From assembly GCA_964016885.1 (NCBI GenBank), contig OZ024743.1, positions 206,584,001 to 206,648,000 on the forward strand: a stretch of DNA of 64,000 nucleotides, read 5' to 3'. Position numbers and translations under genes: made by a program. Positions 41,345-54,830 of the stretch are shown one piece after another. Each line of letters starts with the position of its first letter. Positions within the stretch are counted from its first letter, which is position 1. The notes beneath the pieces were generated by a model, which was given only the letters and a program-made list of their open reading frames with translations, was not told where the DNA came from and made no database searches. Source of the DNA: Eledone cirrhosa (lineage: Eukaryota).

Positions 41345-44300
41345 GATATTTGAAATATTTCGAAAAGTAGAAAAAAATAGATTATTTTAGGTTTTTCGAA
41401 AAATAGAATATTTTACGTTTTTGATCAAAAAAATCAATTTTTGAAATATTTCGTAAAGTAGAAAAAAATAGATTATTTTAGGTTTTTCGAAAAATAGAAT
41501 ATTTTAGGTTTTTGATCAAAAAAAATCAATTTTTGAAATTTTTCGAAAAGTAGAAAAAAATAGATTATTTTAGGTTTTTCGAAAAATAGAATATTTTAGG
41601 TTTTTGATCAGAAAAATCAATTTTTGAAATATTTCGAAAAGTAGAAAAAAATAGATTATTTAAGGTCTTTCGAAAAATAGAATATTTTAGGTTTTTGATA
41701 AAAAAAAATCAATTTTTGAAATATTTCGAAAAGTAGAAAAAAATAGATTATTTTAGGGTTTTCGAAATATAGAATATTTTACGTTTTTGATCAAAAAAAT
41801 CAATTTTTGAAATATTTCGAAAAGTAGAAAAAAATAGATTATATTAGGTTTTTCGAAAAATAGAATATTTTACGTTTTTGATCAAAAAAATCAATTTTTG
41901 AAATATTTCGAAAAGTAGAAAAAAATAGATTATTTTAGGTTTTTCGAAAAATAGAATATTTTAGGTTTTTGATCAAAAAAATCAATTTTTGAAATATTTC
42001 GAAAAGTAGAAAAAAATAGATTATTTTAGGTTTTTCGAAAAATAGAATATTTTAGGTATTTGATCAAAAAAATCAATTTTTGAAATATTTCGAAAAGTAG
42101 AAAAAAATAGATTATTTTAGGTTTTTCGAAAAATAGAATATTTTAGGTTTTTGATCAAAAAAATCAATTTTTGAAATATTTCGAAAAGTAGAAAAAAATA
42201 TATTATTTTAGGTTTTTCGAAAAATAGAATATTTTAGGTATTTGATCAAAAAAATCAATTTTTGAAATATTTCGAAAAGTAGAAAAAAATAGATTATTTT
42301 AGGTTTATCGAAAAATAGAATATTTTACGTTTTTGATCAAAAAAATCAATGTTTGAAATATTTCGAAAAGTAGAAAAAAATAGATTATTTTAGGTTTTTC
42401 GAAAAATAGAATATTTTAGGTTTTTGATCAAAAAAAATCAATTTTTGAAATATTTCGAAAAGTAGAAAAAAGTAGATTATTTTAGGTTTTTCGAAAAATA
42501 GAATATTTTAGGTTTTTGCTCAAAAAAATCAATTTTTGAAATTTTTCGAAAAGTAGAAAAAAATAGATTATTTTAGGTTTTTCGAAATATAGAATATTTT
42601 AGGTTTTTGATCAAAAAAATCAATTTTTGAAATATTTCGAAAAGTAGATAAAAATAGATTAATTTAGGTTTTTCGAAAAATAGAATATTTTACGTTTTTG
42701 ATCAAAAAAATTAATTTTTGAAATATTTCGAAAAGTAGAAAAAAATAGATTATTTTAGGTTTTTCGAAAAATAGAATATTTTAGGTTTTTGATCAAAAAA
42801 ATCAATTTTTGAAATATTTCGAAAAGTAGAAAAAAATAGATTATTTTAGGTTTTTCGAAATATAGAATATTTTACGATTTTGATCAAAAAAATCAATTTT
42901 TGAAATATTTCGAAAAGTAGAAAAAAATAGATTATATTAGGTTTTTCGAAATATAGAATATTTTGAAATATTTCGAAAAGCAGAAAAAAATAGATTATTT
43001 TAGGTTTTTCGAAAAATAGAATATTTTAGGTTTTTGATAAAAAAAATCAATTTTTGAAATATTTCAAAAAGTAGAAAAAAATAGATTATTTTAGGTTTTT
43101 CGAAATATAGAATATTTTACGTTTTTGATCAAAAAAATCAATTTTTGAAATATTTCGAAAAGTAGAAAAAAATAGATTATATTAGGTTTTTCGAAAAATA
43201 GAATATTTTACGTTTTTGATCAAAAAAATCAATTTTTGAAATGTTTCGAAAAGTAGAAAAAAATAGATTATTTTAGGTTTTTCGAAATATAGAATATTTT
43301 ACGTTTTTGATCAAAAAAATCAATTTTTGAAATATATCGAAAAGTAGAAAAAAATAGATTATTTTAGGTTTTTCGAAAAGTAGAATATTTTACGTTTTTG
43401 ATCAAAAAAATCAATTTTTGAAATATTTCGAAAAGTAGAAAAAAATAGATTATTTTAGGTTTTTCGAAAAGTAGAATATTTTACGTTTTTGATCAAAAAA
43501 ATCAATTTTTGAAATATTTCGAAAAGTAGAAAAAAATAGATTATTTTAGGTTTTTCGAAAAGTAGAATATTTTACGTTTTTGATCAAAAAAATCAATTTT
43601 TGAAATATTTCGAAAAGTAGAAAAAAATATATTATTTTAGGTTTTTCGAAATATAGAATATTTTACGTTTTTGATCAAAAAAATCAATTTTTGAAATATA
43701 TCGAAAAGTAGAAAAAAATAGATTATTTTAGGTTTTTCGAAAAGTAGAATATTTTACGTTTTTGATCAAAAAAATCAATTTTTGAAATATTTCGAAAAGT
43801 AGAAAAAAATAGATTATTTTAGGTTTTTCGAAATATAGAATATTTTAGGTTTTTGATCAAAAAAATCAATTTTTGAAATATTTCGAAAAGTAGAAAAAAA
43901 TATATTATTTTAGGTTTTTCGAAAAATAGAATATTTTAGGTATTTGATCAAAAAAATCAATTTTTGAAATATTTCGAAAAGTAGAAAAAAAATAGATTAT
44001 TTTAGGTTTTTCGAAAAATAGAATATTTTACGTTTTTGATCAAAAAAATCAATTTTTGAAATATTTCGAAAAGTAGAAAAAAATATATTATTTTAGGTTT
44101 TTCGAAAAATAGAATATTTTAGGTATTTGATCAAAAAAATCAATTTTTGAAATATTTCGAAAAGTAGAAAAAAAATAAATTATTTTAGGTTTTTCGAAAA
44201 ATAGAATATTTTACGTTTTTGATCAAAAAAATCAATTTTTGAGATATTTCGAAAAGTAGAAAAAAATAGATGATTTTAGGTTTTTCGAAAAATAGAATAT

Positions 44301-47300
44301 TTTAGGTTTTTGATAAAAAAAAATCAATTTTTGAAATATTTCGAAAAGTAGAAGAAAATAGTTTATTTTAGGTTTTTCGAAAAATAGGATAAAAAAAAAT
44401 CAATTTTTGAAATATTTCGAAAAGTAGAAAAAAATAGATTATTTTAGGTTTTTCGAAAAATAGAATATTTTAGGTTTTTGATCAAAAAAATCAATTTTTG
44501 AAATATTTCGAAAAGTAGAAAAAAATAGATTATTTTAGGTTTTTCGAAAAATAGAATATTTTACGTTTTTGATCAAAAAAATCAATTTTTGAAATATTTC
44601 GAAAAGTAGAAAAAAATAGATTATTTTAGGTTTTTCGAAAAATAGAATATTTTACGTTTTTGATCAAAAAAATCAATTTTTGAAATATTTCGAAAAGTAG
44701 AAAAAAATAGATTATTTTAGGTTTTTCGAAATATAGAATATTTTAGGTTTTTGATCAAAAAAATCAATTTTTGAAATATTTCGAAAAGTAGAAAAAAATA
44801 GATTATTTTAGGTTTTTCGAAATATAGAATATTTTACGTTTTTAATCAAAAAAATCAATTTTTGAAATATTTCGAAAAGTAGAAAAAAATAGATTATTTT
44901 AGGTTTTTCGAAAAGTAGAATATTTTAGGTTCAAAAAAATCAATTTTTGAAATATTTCGAAAAGTAGAAAAAAATAGATTATATTAGGTTTTTCGAAAAA
45001 TAGAATATTTTACGTTTTTGATCAAAAAAATCAATTTTTGAAATATTTCGAAAAGTAGAAAAAAATAGATTATTTTAGGTTTTTCGAAATATAGAATATT
45101 TTACGTTTTTAATCAAAAAAATCAATTTTTGAAATATTTCGAAAAGTAGAAAAAAATAGATTATTTTAGGTTTTTCGAAAAATAGAATATTTTACGTTTT
45201 TGATCAAAAAAATCAATTTTTGAAATATTTCGAAAAGTAGAAAAAAATAGATTATTTTAGGTTTTTCGAAAAATAGAATATTTTACGTTTTTGATCAAAA
45301 AAATCAATTTTTGAAATATTTCGAAAAGTAGAAAAAAATAGATTATTTTAGGTTTTTCGAAATATAGAATATTTTAGGTTTTTGATCAAAAAAATCAATT
45401 TTTGAAATATTTCGAAAAGTAGAAAAAAATATATTATTTTAGGTTTTTCGAAATATAGAATATTTTACGTTTTTAATCAAAAAAATCAATTTTTGAAATA
45501 TTTCGAAAAGTAGAAAAAAATAGATTATTTTAGGTTTTTCGAAAAGTAGAATATTTTAGGTTTTTGATCAAAAAAATCAATTTTTGAAATATTTCGAAAA
45601 GTAGAAAAAAATAGATTATTTTAGGTTTTTCGAAAAATAGAATATTTTAGGTATTTGATCAAAAAAATCAATTTTTGAAATATTTCGAAAAGTAGAAAAA
45701 AAATAGATTATTTTAGGTTTTTCGAAAAATAGAATATTTTACGTTTTTGATAAAAAAAATCAATTTTTGAAATATTTCGAAAAGTAGAAAAAAATATATT
45801 ATTTTAGGTTTTTCGAAAAATAGAATATTTTAGGTATTTGATCAAAAATATCAATTTTTGAAATATTTCGAAAAGTAGAAAAAAAATAGATTATTTTAGG
45901 TTTTTCGAAAAATAGAATATTTTACGTTTTTGATCAAAAAAATCAATTTTTGAAATATTTCGAAAAGTAGAAAAAAATAGATTATTTTAGGTTTTTCGAA
46001 ATATAGAATATTTTAGGTTTTTGATAAAAAAAAATCAATTTTTGAAATATTTCGAAAAGTAGAAGAAAATAGATTATTTTAGGTTTTTCGAAATATAGAA
46101 TATTTTAGGTTTTTGATCAAAAAAATCAATTTTTGAAATATTTCGAAAAGTAGAAAAAAATATATTATTTTAGGTTTTTCGAAATATAGAATATTTTACG
46201 TTTTTGATCAAAAAAATCAATTTTTGAAATATATCGAAAAGTAGAAAAAAATAGATTATTTTAGGTTTTTCGAAAAGTAGAATATTTTACGTTTTTGATC
46301 AAAAAAATCAATTTTTGAAATATTTCGAAAAGTAGAAAAAAATAGATTATTTTAGGTTTTTCGAAATATAGAATATTTTAGGTTTTTGATCAAAAAAATC
46401 AATTTTTGAAATATTTCGAAAAGTAGAAAAAAATATATTATTTTAGGTTTTTCGAAAAATAGAATATTTTAGGTATTTGATCAAAAAAATCAATTTTTGA
46501 AATATTTCGAAAAGTAGAAAAAAAATAGATTATTTTAGGTTTTTCGAAAAATAGAATATTTTACGTTTTTGATCAAAAAAATCAATTTTTGAAATATTTC
46601 GAAAAGTAGAAAAAAATATATTATTTTAGGTTTTTCGAAAAATAGAATATTTTAGGTATTTGATCAAAAAAATCAATTTTTGAAATATTTCGAAAAGTAG
46701 AAAAAAAATAAATTATTTTAGGTTTTTCGAAAAATAGAATATTTTACGTTTTTGATCAAAAAAATCAATTTTTGAAATATTTCGAAAAGTAGAAAAAAAT
46801 AGATGATTTTAGGTTTTTCGAAAAATAGAATATTTTACGTTTTTGATCAAAAAAATCAATTTTTGAGATATTTCGAAAAGTAGAAAAAAATAGATTATTT
46901 TAGGTTTTTCGAAAAATAGAATATTTTAGGTTTTTGATAAAAAAAAATCAATTTTTGAAATATTTCGAAAAGTAGAAGAAAATAGTTTATTTTAGGTTTT
47001 TCGAAAAATAGGATAAAAAAAAATCAATTTTTGAAATATTTCGAAAAGTAGAAAAAAATAGATTATTTTAGGTTTTTCGAAATATAGAATATTTTACGTT
47101 TTTAATCAAAAAAATCAATTTTTGAAATATTTCGAAAAGTAGAAAAAAATAGATTATTTTAGGTTTTTCGAAAAATAGAATATTTTACGTTTTTGATCAA
47201 AAAAATCAATTTTTGAAATATTTCGAAAAGTAGAAAAAAATAGATTATTTTAGGTTTTTCGAAAAATAGAATATTTTACGTTTTTGATCAAAAAAATCAA

Positions 47301-50300
47301 TTTTTGAAATATTTCGAAAAGTAGAAAAAAATAGATTATTTTAGGTTTTTCGAAATATAGAATATTTTAGGTTTTTGATCAAAAAAATCAATTTTTGAAA
47401 TATTTCGAAAAGTAGAAAAAAATAGATTATTTTAGGTTTTTCGAAATATAGAATATTTTACGTTTTTAATCAAAAAAATCAATTTTTGAAATATTTCGAA
47501 AAGTAGAAAAAAATAGATTATTTTAGGTTTTTCGAAAAGTAGAATATTTTAGGTTTTTGATCAAAAAAATCAATTTTTGAAATATTTCGAAAAGTAGAAA
47601 AAAATAGATTATATTAGGTTTTTCGAAAAATAGAATATTTTACGTTTTTGATCAAAAAAATCAATTTTTGAAATATTTCGAAAAGTAGAAAAAAATAGAT
47701 TATTTTAGGTTTTTCGAAAAATAGAATATTTTACGTTTTTGATCAAAAAAATCAATTTTTGAAATATTTCGAAAAGTAGAAAAAAATAGATTATTTTAGG
47801 TTTTTCGAAATATAGAATATTTTAGGTTTTTGATCAAAAAAATCAATTTTTGAAATATTTCGAAAAGTAGAAAAAAATATATTATTTTAGGTTTTTCGAA
47901 ATATAGAATATTTTACGTTTTTAATCAAAAAAATCAATTTTTGAAATATTTCGAAAAGTAGAAAAAAATAGATTATTTTAGGTTTTTCGAAAAGTAGAAT
48001 ATTTTAGGTTTTTGATCAAAAAAATCAATTTTTGAAATATTTCGAAAAGTAGAAAAAAATAGATTATTTTAGGTTTTTCGAAAAATAGAATATTTTAGGT
48101 ATTTGATCAAAAAAATCAATTTTTGAAATATTTCGAAAAGTAGAAAAAAAATAGATTATTTTAGGTTTTTCGAAAAATAGAATATTTTACGTTTTTGATA
48201 AAAAAAATCAATTTTTGAAATATTTCGAAAAGTAGAAAAAAATATATTATTTTAGGTTTTTCGAAAAATAGAATATTTTAGGTATTTGATCAAAAATATC
48301 AATTTTTGAAATATTTCGAAAAGTAGAAAAAAAATAGATTATTTTAGGTTTTTCGAAAAATAGAATATTTTACGTTTTTGATCAAAAAAATCAATTTTTG
48401 AAATATTTCGAAAAGTAGAAAAAAATAGATTATTTTAGGTTTTTCGAAATATAGAATATTTTAGGTTTTTGATAAAAAAAAATCAATTTTTGAAATATTT
48501 CGAAAAGTAGAAGAAAATAGTTTATTTTAGGTTTTTCTAAAAATAGGATAAAAAAAAATCAATTTTTGAAATATTTCGAAAAGTAGAAAAAAATAGATTA
48601 TTTTAGGTTTTTCGAAATATAGAATATTTTAGGTTTTTGATAAAAAAAAATCAATTTTTGAAATATTTCGAAAAGTAGAAAAAAATAGATTATTTTAGGT
48701 TTTTCGAAAAATAGAATATTTTACGTTTTTGATCAAAAAAATCAATTTTTGAAATATTTCGAAAAGTAGAAAAAAATAGATTATTTTAGGTTTTTCGAAA
48801 AATAGAATATTTTACGTTTTTGATCAAAAAAATCAATTTTTGAAATATTTCGAAAAGTAGAAAAAAATAGATTATTTTAGGTTTTTCGAAAAATAGAATA
48901 TTTTACGTTTTTGATCAAAAAAATCAATTTTTGAAATATTTCGAAAAGTAGAAAAAAATAGATTATTTTAGGTTTTTCGAAAAATAGAATATTTTACGTT
49001 TTTGATCAAAAAAATCAATTTTTGAAATATTTCGAAAAGTAGAAAAAAATAGATTATTTTAGGTTTTTCGAAAAATAGAATATTTTACGTTTTTGATCAA
49101 AAAAATCAATTTTTGAAATATTTCGAAAAGTAGAAAAAAATAGATTATTTTAGGTTTTTCGAAAAATAGAATATTTTACGTTTTTGATCAAAAAAATCAA
49201 TTTTTGAAATATTTCGAAAAGTAGAAAAAAATAGATTATTTTAGGTTTTTCGAAAAATAGAATATTTTACGTTTTTGATCAAAAAAATCAATTTTTGAAA
49301 TATTTCGAAAAGTAGAAAAAAATAGATTATTTTAGGTTTTTCGAAAAATAGAATATTTTACGTTTTTGATCAAAAAAATCAATTTTTGAAATATTTCGAA
49401 AAGTAGAAAAAAATAGATTATTTTAGGTTTTTCGAAATATAGAATATTTTAGGTTTTTGATCAAAAAAATCAATTTTTGAAATATTTCGAAAAGTAGAAA
49501 AAAATATATTATTTTAGGTTTTTCGAAAAATAGAATATTTTACGTTTTTGATCAAAAAAATCAATTTTTGAAATATTTCGAAAAGTAGAAAAAAATAGAT
49601 TATTTTAGGTTTTTCGAAAAATAGAATATTTTAGGTTTTTGATCAAAAAAATCAATTTTTGAAATATTTCGAAAAGTGGAAAAAAATAGATTATTTTAGG
49701 TTTTTCGAAAAATAGAATATTTTAGGTTTTTGATCAATTCTTGAAATATTTCGAAAAGTAGAAAAAAAATAGATTATTTTAGGTTTTTCGAAAAATAGAA
49801 TATTTTAGGTTTTTGATCAAAAAAATCAATTTTTGAAATATTTCGAAAAGTGGAAAAAAATAGATTATTTTAGGTTTTTCGAAAAATAGAATATATTACG
49901 TTTTTGATTAAAAAAATCAATTTTTGAAATTTTTCGAAAAGTAGAAAAAAAATAGATTATTTTAGGTTTTTCGAAAAATAGAATATTTTACGTTTTTGAT
50001 CAAAAAAATCAATTTTTGAAATATTTCGAAAAGTAGAAAAAAATAGATTATTTTAGGTTTTTCGAAAAATAGAATATTTTACGTTTTTGATCAAAAAAAT
50101 CAATTTTTGAAATATTTCGAAAAGTAGAAAAAAATAGATTATTTTAGGTTTTTCGAAATATAGAATATTTTAGGTTTTTGATCAAAAAAATCAATTTTTG
50201 AAATATTTCGAAAAGTAGAAAAAAATAGATTATTTTAGGTTTTTCGAAAAATAGAATATTTTAGGTTTTTGATCAATTCTTGAAATATTTCGAAAAGTAG

Positions 50301-53300
50301 AAAAAAAATAGATTATTTTAGGTTTTTCGAAAAATAGAATATTTTAGGTTTTTGATCAAAAAAATCAATTTTTGAAATATTTCGAAAAGTGGAAAAAAAT
50401 AGATTATTTTAGGTTTTTCGAAAAATAGAATATATTACGTTTTTGATTAAAAAAATCAATTTTTGAAATTTTTCGAAAAGTAGAAAAAAAATAGATTATT
50501 TTAGGTTTTTCGAAAAATAGAATATTTTACGTTTTTGATCAAAAAAATCAATTTTTGAAATTTTTCGAAAAGTAGAAAAAAAATAGATTAATTTAGGTTT
50601 TTCGAAAAATAGAATATTTTAGGTTTTTGATCAAAAAAATCAATTTTTGAAATATTTCGAAAATTAGGAAAAAAATAGATTATTTTAGGTTTTTCGAAAA
50701 ATTTAATATTTTAGGTTTTTCATCAAAAAAATCAATTTTTGAAATATTTCGAAAAGTAGAAAAAAATAGATTATTTTAGGTTTTTCGAAATATAGAATAT
50801 TTTAGGTTTTTGATCAAAAAAATCAATTTTTGAAATATTTCGAAAAGTAGATAAAAATAGATTATTTTAGGTTTTTCGAAAAATAGAATATTTTAGGTTT
50901 TTGATCAAAAAAATCAATTTTTGAAATATTTCGAAAAGTAGAAAAAAATAGATTATTTTAGGTTTTTCGAAATATAGAATATTTTACGTTTTTGATCAAA
51001 AAAATCAATTTTTGAAATATTTCGAAAAGTAGAAAAAAATAGATTATATTAGGTTTTTCGAAAAATAGAATATTTTACGTTTTTGATCAAAAAAATCAAT
51101 TTTTGAAATATTTCGAAAAGTAGAAAAAAATAGATTATTTTAGGTTTTTTTGAAATATTTCGACAAGTAGAAAAAAATAGATTATTTTAGGTTTTTCGAA
51201 ATATAGAATATTTTAGGTTTTTGATCAAAAAAATCAATTTTTGAAATATTTCGAAAAGTAGAAAAAAATATATTATTTTAGGTTTTTCGAAAAATAGAAT
51301 ATTTTACGTTTTTGATCAAAAAAATCAATTTTTGAAATATTTCGAAAAGTAGAAAAAAATAGATTATTTTAGGTTTTTCGAAAAATAGAATATTTTAGGT
51401 TTTTGATCAAAAAAATCAATTTTTGAAATATTTCGAAAAGTGGAAAAAAATAGATTATTTTAGGTTTTTCGAAAAATAGAATATTTTAGGTTTTTGATCA
51501 ATTCTTGAAATATTTCGAAAAGTAGAAAAAAAATAGATTATTTTAGGTTTTTCGAAAAATAGAATATTTTAGGTTTTTGATCAAAAAAATCAATTTTTGA
51601 AATATTTCGAAAATTAGGAAAAAAATAGATTATTTTAGGTTTTTCGAAAAATTTAATATTTTAGGTTTTTCATCAAAAAAATCAATTTTTGAAATATTTC
51701 GAAAAGTAGAAAAAAATAGATTATTTTAGGTTTTTCGAAATATAGAATATTTTAGGTTTTTGATCAAAAAAATCAATTTTTGAAATATTTCGAAAAGTAG
51801 ATAAAAATAGATTATTTTAGGTTTTTCGAAAAATAGAATATTTTACGTTTTTGATCAAAAAAATCAATTTTTGAAATATTTCGAAAAGTAGGAAAAAAAT
51901 AGATTATTTTAGGTTTTTCGAAATATAGAATATTTTAGGTTTTTGATCAAAAAAATCAATTTTTGAAATATTTCGAAAAGTAGAAAAAAATAGATTATTT
52001 TAGGTTTTTCGAAATATAGAATATTTTACGTTTTTGATCAAAAAAATCAATTTTTGAAATATTTCGAAAAGTAGAAAAAAATAGATTATATTAGGTGTTT
52101 CGAAAAATAGAATATTTTACGTTTTTGATCAAAAAAATCAATTTTTGAAATATTTCGAAAAGTAGAAAAAAATAGATTATTTTAGGTTTTTTTGAAATAT
52201 TTCGACAAGTAGAAAAAAATAGATTATTTTAGGTTTTTCGAAATATAGAATATTTTAGGTTTTTGATCAAAAAAATCAATTTTTGAAATATTTCGAAAAG
52301 TAGAAAAAAATATATTATTTTAGGTTTTTCGAAAAATAGAATATTTTACGTTTTTGATCAAAAAAATCAATTTTTGAAATATTTCGAAAAGTAGAAAAAA
52401 ATAGATTATTTTAGGTTTTTCGAAAAATAGAATATTTTAGGTTTTTGATCAAAGAAATCAATTTTTGAAATATTTCGAAAAGTGGAAAAAAATAGATTAT
52501 TTTAGGTTTTTCGAAAAATAGAATATTTTAGGTTTTTGATCAATTCTTGAAATATTTCGAAAAGTAGAAGAAAAATAGATTATTTTAGGTTTTTCGAAAA
52601 ATAGAATATTTTAGGTTTTTGATCAAAAAAATCAATTTTTGAAATATTTCGAAAAGTGGAAAAAAATAGATTATTTTAGGTTTTTCGAAAAATAGAATAT
52701 ATTACGTTTTTGATTAAAAAAATCAATTTTTGAAATTTTTCGAAAAGTAGAAAAAAAATAGATTATTTTAGGTTTTTCGAAAAATAGAATATTTTACGTT
52801 TTTGATCAAAAAAATCAATTTTTGAAATTTTTCGAAAAGTAGAAAAAAAATAGATTAATTTAGGTTTTTCGAAAAATAGAATATTTTAGGTTTTTGATCA
52901 AAAAAATCAATTTTTGAAATATTTCGAAAATTAGGAAAAAAATAGATTATTTTAGGTTTTTCGAAAAATTTAATATTTTAGGTTTTTCATCAAAAAAATC
53001 AATTTTTGAAATATTTCGAAAAGTAGAAAAAAATAGATTATTTTAGGTTTTTCGAAATATAGAATATTTTAGGTTTTTGATCAAAAAAATCAATTTTTGA
53101 AATATTTCGAAAAGTAGATAAAAATAGATTATTTTAGGTTTTTCGAAAAATAGAATATTTTACGTTTTTGATCAAAAAAATCAATTTTTGAAATATTTCG
53201 AAAAGTAGAAAAAAATAGATTATTTTAGGTTTTTTTGAAATATTTCGACAAGTAGAAAAAAATAGATTATTTTAGGTTTTTCGAAAAATAGAATATTTTA

Positions 53301-54830
53301 CGTTTTTGATCAAAAAAATCAATTTTTGAAATATTTCGAAAAGTAGAAGAAAATAGTTTATTTTAAGTTTTTCGAAAAATAGGATAAAAAAAAATCAATT
53401 TTTGAAATATTTCGAAAAGTAGAAAAAAATAGATTATTTTAGGTTTTTCGAAAAATAGAATATTTTAGGTTTTTGATCAAAAAAATCAATTTTTGAAATA
53501 TTTCGAAAAGTAGAAAAAAATAGATTATTTTAGGTTTTTCGAAATATAGAATATTTTACGTTTTTGATCAAAAAAATCAATTTTTGAAATATTTCGAAAA
53601 GTAGAAAAAAATAGATTATTTTAGGTTTTTTTGAAATATTTCGACAAGTAGAAAAAAATAGATTATTTTAGGTTTTTCGAAAAATAGAATATTTTACGTT
53701 TTTGATCAAAAAAATCAATTTTTGAAATTTTTCGAAAAGTAGAAAAAAAATAGATTAATTTAGGTTTTTCGAAAAGTAGAATATTTTAGGTTTTTGATCA
53801 AAAAAATCAATTTTTGAAATATTTCGAAAAGTAGAAAAAAATAGATTATATTAGGTTTTTCGAAAAATAGAATATTTTACGTTTTTGATCAAAAAAATCA
53901 ATTTTTGAAATATTTCGAAAAGTAGAAAAAAATAGATTATTTTAGGTTTTTCGAAAAATAGAATATTTTACGTTTTTGATCAAAAAAATCAATTTTTGAA
54001 ATATTTCGAAAAGTAGAAAAAAATAGATTATTTTAGGTTTTTCGAAAAATAGTATATTTTACGTTTTTGATCAAAAAAATCAATTTTTGATATATTTCGA
54101 AAAGTAGAAAAAAATAGATGATTTTAGGTTTTTCGAAAAATAGAATATTTTACGTTTTTGATCAAAAAAATCAATTTTTGAAATATTTTGAAAAGTAGAA
54201 AAAAATAGATTATTTTAGGTTTTTCAAAAAATAGATTATTTTAGGTTTATGAAATCAGTAGTAAATATTTCAAAAAAATCAATTTTTGAAATATTTCGAA
54301 AAGTATAATAAAATAGATTATAATAGGTTTTTGAAATCAGAAGTAAATATTTCAAAAAAATCAATTTTTGAAATATTTCGAAAAGTATTAAAAAAATGGT
54401 TTTTCGAAAAATAGAATATTTTAGGTTTTTGATAAAAAAAAATCAATTTTTGAAATATTTCGAAAAGTAGAAAAAAATAGATTATTTTAGGTTTTTCGAA
54501 AAATAGAATATTTTAGGTTTTTGATCAAAAAAATCAATTTTTGAAATATTTCGAAAAGTAGAAAAAAATAGATTATTTTAGGTTTTTCGAAAAATAGAAT
54601 ATTTTAGGTTTTTGATCAAAAAAATCAATTTTTGAAATATTTCGAAAAGTAGAAAAAAAATAGATTATTTTAGGTTTTTCAAAAAATAGAATATTTTACG
54701 TTTTTGATCAAAAAAATCAATTTTTGAAATATTTCAAAAAGTAGAAAAAAATAGATTATTTTAGGTTTTTCGAAATATAATATTTTATATTAGGTTTTTC
54801 GAAATATAATATTTTATTTTAGGTTTTTCG
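41345..54830. repeat. SatB block B3 (13,486 bp)
   Basis: 91-bp monomers with 47-, 63-, ~76- and 82-bp deletion variants. Monomers degenerate near the right edge. Confidence 0.98.
54181..54830. repeat. Degenerate SatB edge with divergent units
   Basis: Two units containing GAAATCAG(T/A)AGTAAATATTTCAAAAAAATC (~54251, ~54333) and a 29-bp tandem pair starting at 54771 and 54800. Confidence 0.85.

Larger units (their letters stand above)
12772..45796. repeat. 16,536-bp tandem duplication, 2 copies of the unit B1+A2+B2a (copy boundary within ~29308-29350)
   Basis: Constant offset of 16,536 at three landmarks: 12877/29413, 15958/32494 and 24809/41345. The offset falls to 16,445 (one 91-mer fewer) after ~44,250. 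Confidence 0.93.

Noticed and set aside
12690-54830. Telomeric TTAGG repeats in SatB
   Set aside because: There are only one or two isolated TTAGG per monomer, never in tandem, and one is often TTACG. This is not a telomerase-type array.
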